Shown: piece by piece, positions 63,000 through 64,000 of the stretch
Numbering within the stretch: the first letter of the stretch is position 1
How the letters are laid out: each line of letters opens with the position of its first letter
From: an uncultured virus (IMG/VR IMGVR_UViG_3300025357_000001)
Lineage: Duplodnaviria > Heunggongvirae > Uroviricota > Caudoviricetes
Direction: 5' to 3' (one strand)
Virus record (IMG/VR): IMGVR_UViG_3300025357_000001
DNA: 64,000 nt
Position numbers and translations under genes: made by a program
The notes under the pieces: generated by a model
The model's database searches: none
What the model saw: only the letters and a program-made list of their open reading frames with translations
What the model was told of the DNA's origin: nothing

Positions 63000-63961
63000 T
63001 ATCTAACTTTTCCGCCACGTTTTTGGCCAATTAATGCTAGATTGTTAAAGTCATTCATGTACTTTTTAACACTAGGTTTAGCCAATACGTCGGAAATAAA
63101 TTTAGGCAATCCAGAAGACTTTGATTTAGGTGCAACATAGCTGCCAGATCCGGGAATAGATTTATTAAATGCTACTTGATCTGGAGTTACATTACCCCAT
63201 GAGCTTTCATCATCAATACTACCGCCAGTTTCGCCCATGTCACGGTTATCCATCGCTGAATCATCGTTAGGGATGTATGAACCAGAAGCTGGAGTTGTAC
63301 CTAGAGCATCGTGCATACGAGCAAGGATAAATGGATCAGTACGATCTGCACCGCCCAACCAAGCTTCTTGTTCTGGGGTAAAGTCAGATGAGCCAGTGGA
63401 AGAACCATCGGCCATCTTCTTAGGCTTTTTTGCTGCACCGCCTTTTTTGTATTTGTTAGGACCACCTTTAGCGCCAGATGGAGCTGCTGCAGCTTTACCA
63501 GACTGTTTGCTCTTGATAGTTTTTACTGCATCGCCAGCTGGTTTGCTCTTTTCTTTTTCTACGTCAGAAGCACGAAATGTTGGCTTGACGGCTGCTTTAG
63601 AAGGTGCCTTTGCTTTTGCTGGTTTGATTTCTTTGGTCTTGCGGATGTTGTCTTTGTCACCAGCAGATTTCTTGGCTTCATAAACATTTTGTACGCCACC
63701 ACCAGTTTTGTATTTTTTAACTGTGCCAGTAGCTTTTTTGGAACGACCACCTTTTTTCATGGTCAATGTTGTTTTGTCTTCAACGTCTGGTGTTGTGCCT
63801 TTTAAACCAGCAGCTGGTGCTGATTTAGGGCCAGCATCTTTTTTAGATACGGCTGGTACGCCATGCTTGGCCTTACCGCCTTTTTTCATTACGTTTACTG
63901 TACCAACACTGCCGCCTTCTTTGAAGTGCGCCATTTTAGGTAGTGTTTTGAAGCCTTCCAT
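62999..63961 (-). CDS. Lys-rich virion-associated protein with repeated xxxGG motifs
   Basis: GAGG RBS; FKEGG, MKKGG x2, YKTGG, YKKGG, QKRGG. Confidence 0.6.
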   Translation of the reverse strand: MEGFKTLPKMAHFKEGGSVGTVNVMKKGGKAKHGVPAVSKKDAGPKSAPAAGLKGTTPDVEDKTTLTMKKGGRSKKATGTVKKYKTGGGVQNVYEAKKSAGDKDNIRKTKEIKPAKAKAPSKAAVKPTFRASDVEKEKSKPAGDAVKTIKSKQSGKAAAAPSGAKGGPNKYKKGGAAKKPKKMADGSSTGSSDFTPEQEAWLGGADRTDPFILARMHDALGTTPASGSYIPNDDSAMDNRDMGETGGSIDDESSWGNVTPDQVAFNKSIPGSGSYVAPKSKSSGLPKFISDVLAKPSVKKYMNDFNNLALIGQKRGGKVR

Positions 63962-64000
63962 TTTGTTTCCTCGAGGTTAATAGGTTGAAAAGGATGATCA

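Overview
The window is most of a tailed-phage genome with podovirus-like (P22/T7-type ejection protein) architecture. It looks circularly permuted: it opens inside the lysis cassette and ends in virion genes. The minus strand carries morphogenesis and lysis genes (1-23.3 kb and 51-64 kb): spanins, holin, a large tail-fibre cluster, major capsid, scaffold, GroES-like protein, portal, TerL, tail and internal proteins. The plus strand (24.2-51 kb) carries early and replication genes: amidoligase plus glutamine amidotransferase, a sigma factor lacking region 4, primase-helicase, sulfotransferase, VRR-NUC, SNF2 helicase, a sigma-4-like protein, TerS-like protein, DUF2800 nuclease, DUF2815 SSB, an APS-kinase-like fusion, class II RNR and PolA. 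No integrase, tRNA, rRNA or CRISPR array was seen. Top findings: (1) an apparent split sigma factor with two promoter classes, TGCATTAnTAT alone (middle genes) versus GGGCG-N16-TGCATTAnTAT (late genes); (2) dense clusters of host-regulator-like sites (NtrC, SlmA, MraZ, IHF, Fis, PhaR) bracketing a compositionally distinct, probably first-injected amidoligase/GATase cassette; (3) a free-standing, apparently catalytically dead intein/LAGLIDADG gene coupled to terL; (4) two copies of an iteron origin. All family calls come from motif recognition by eye, not from database searches.
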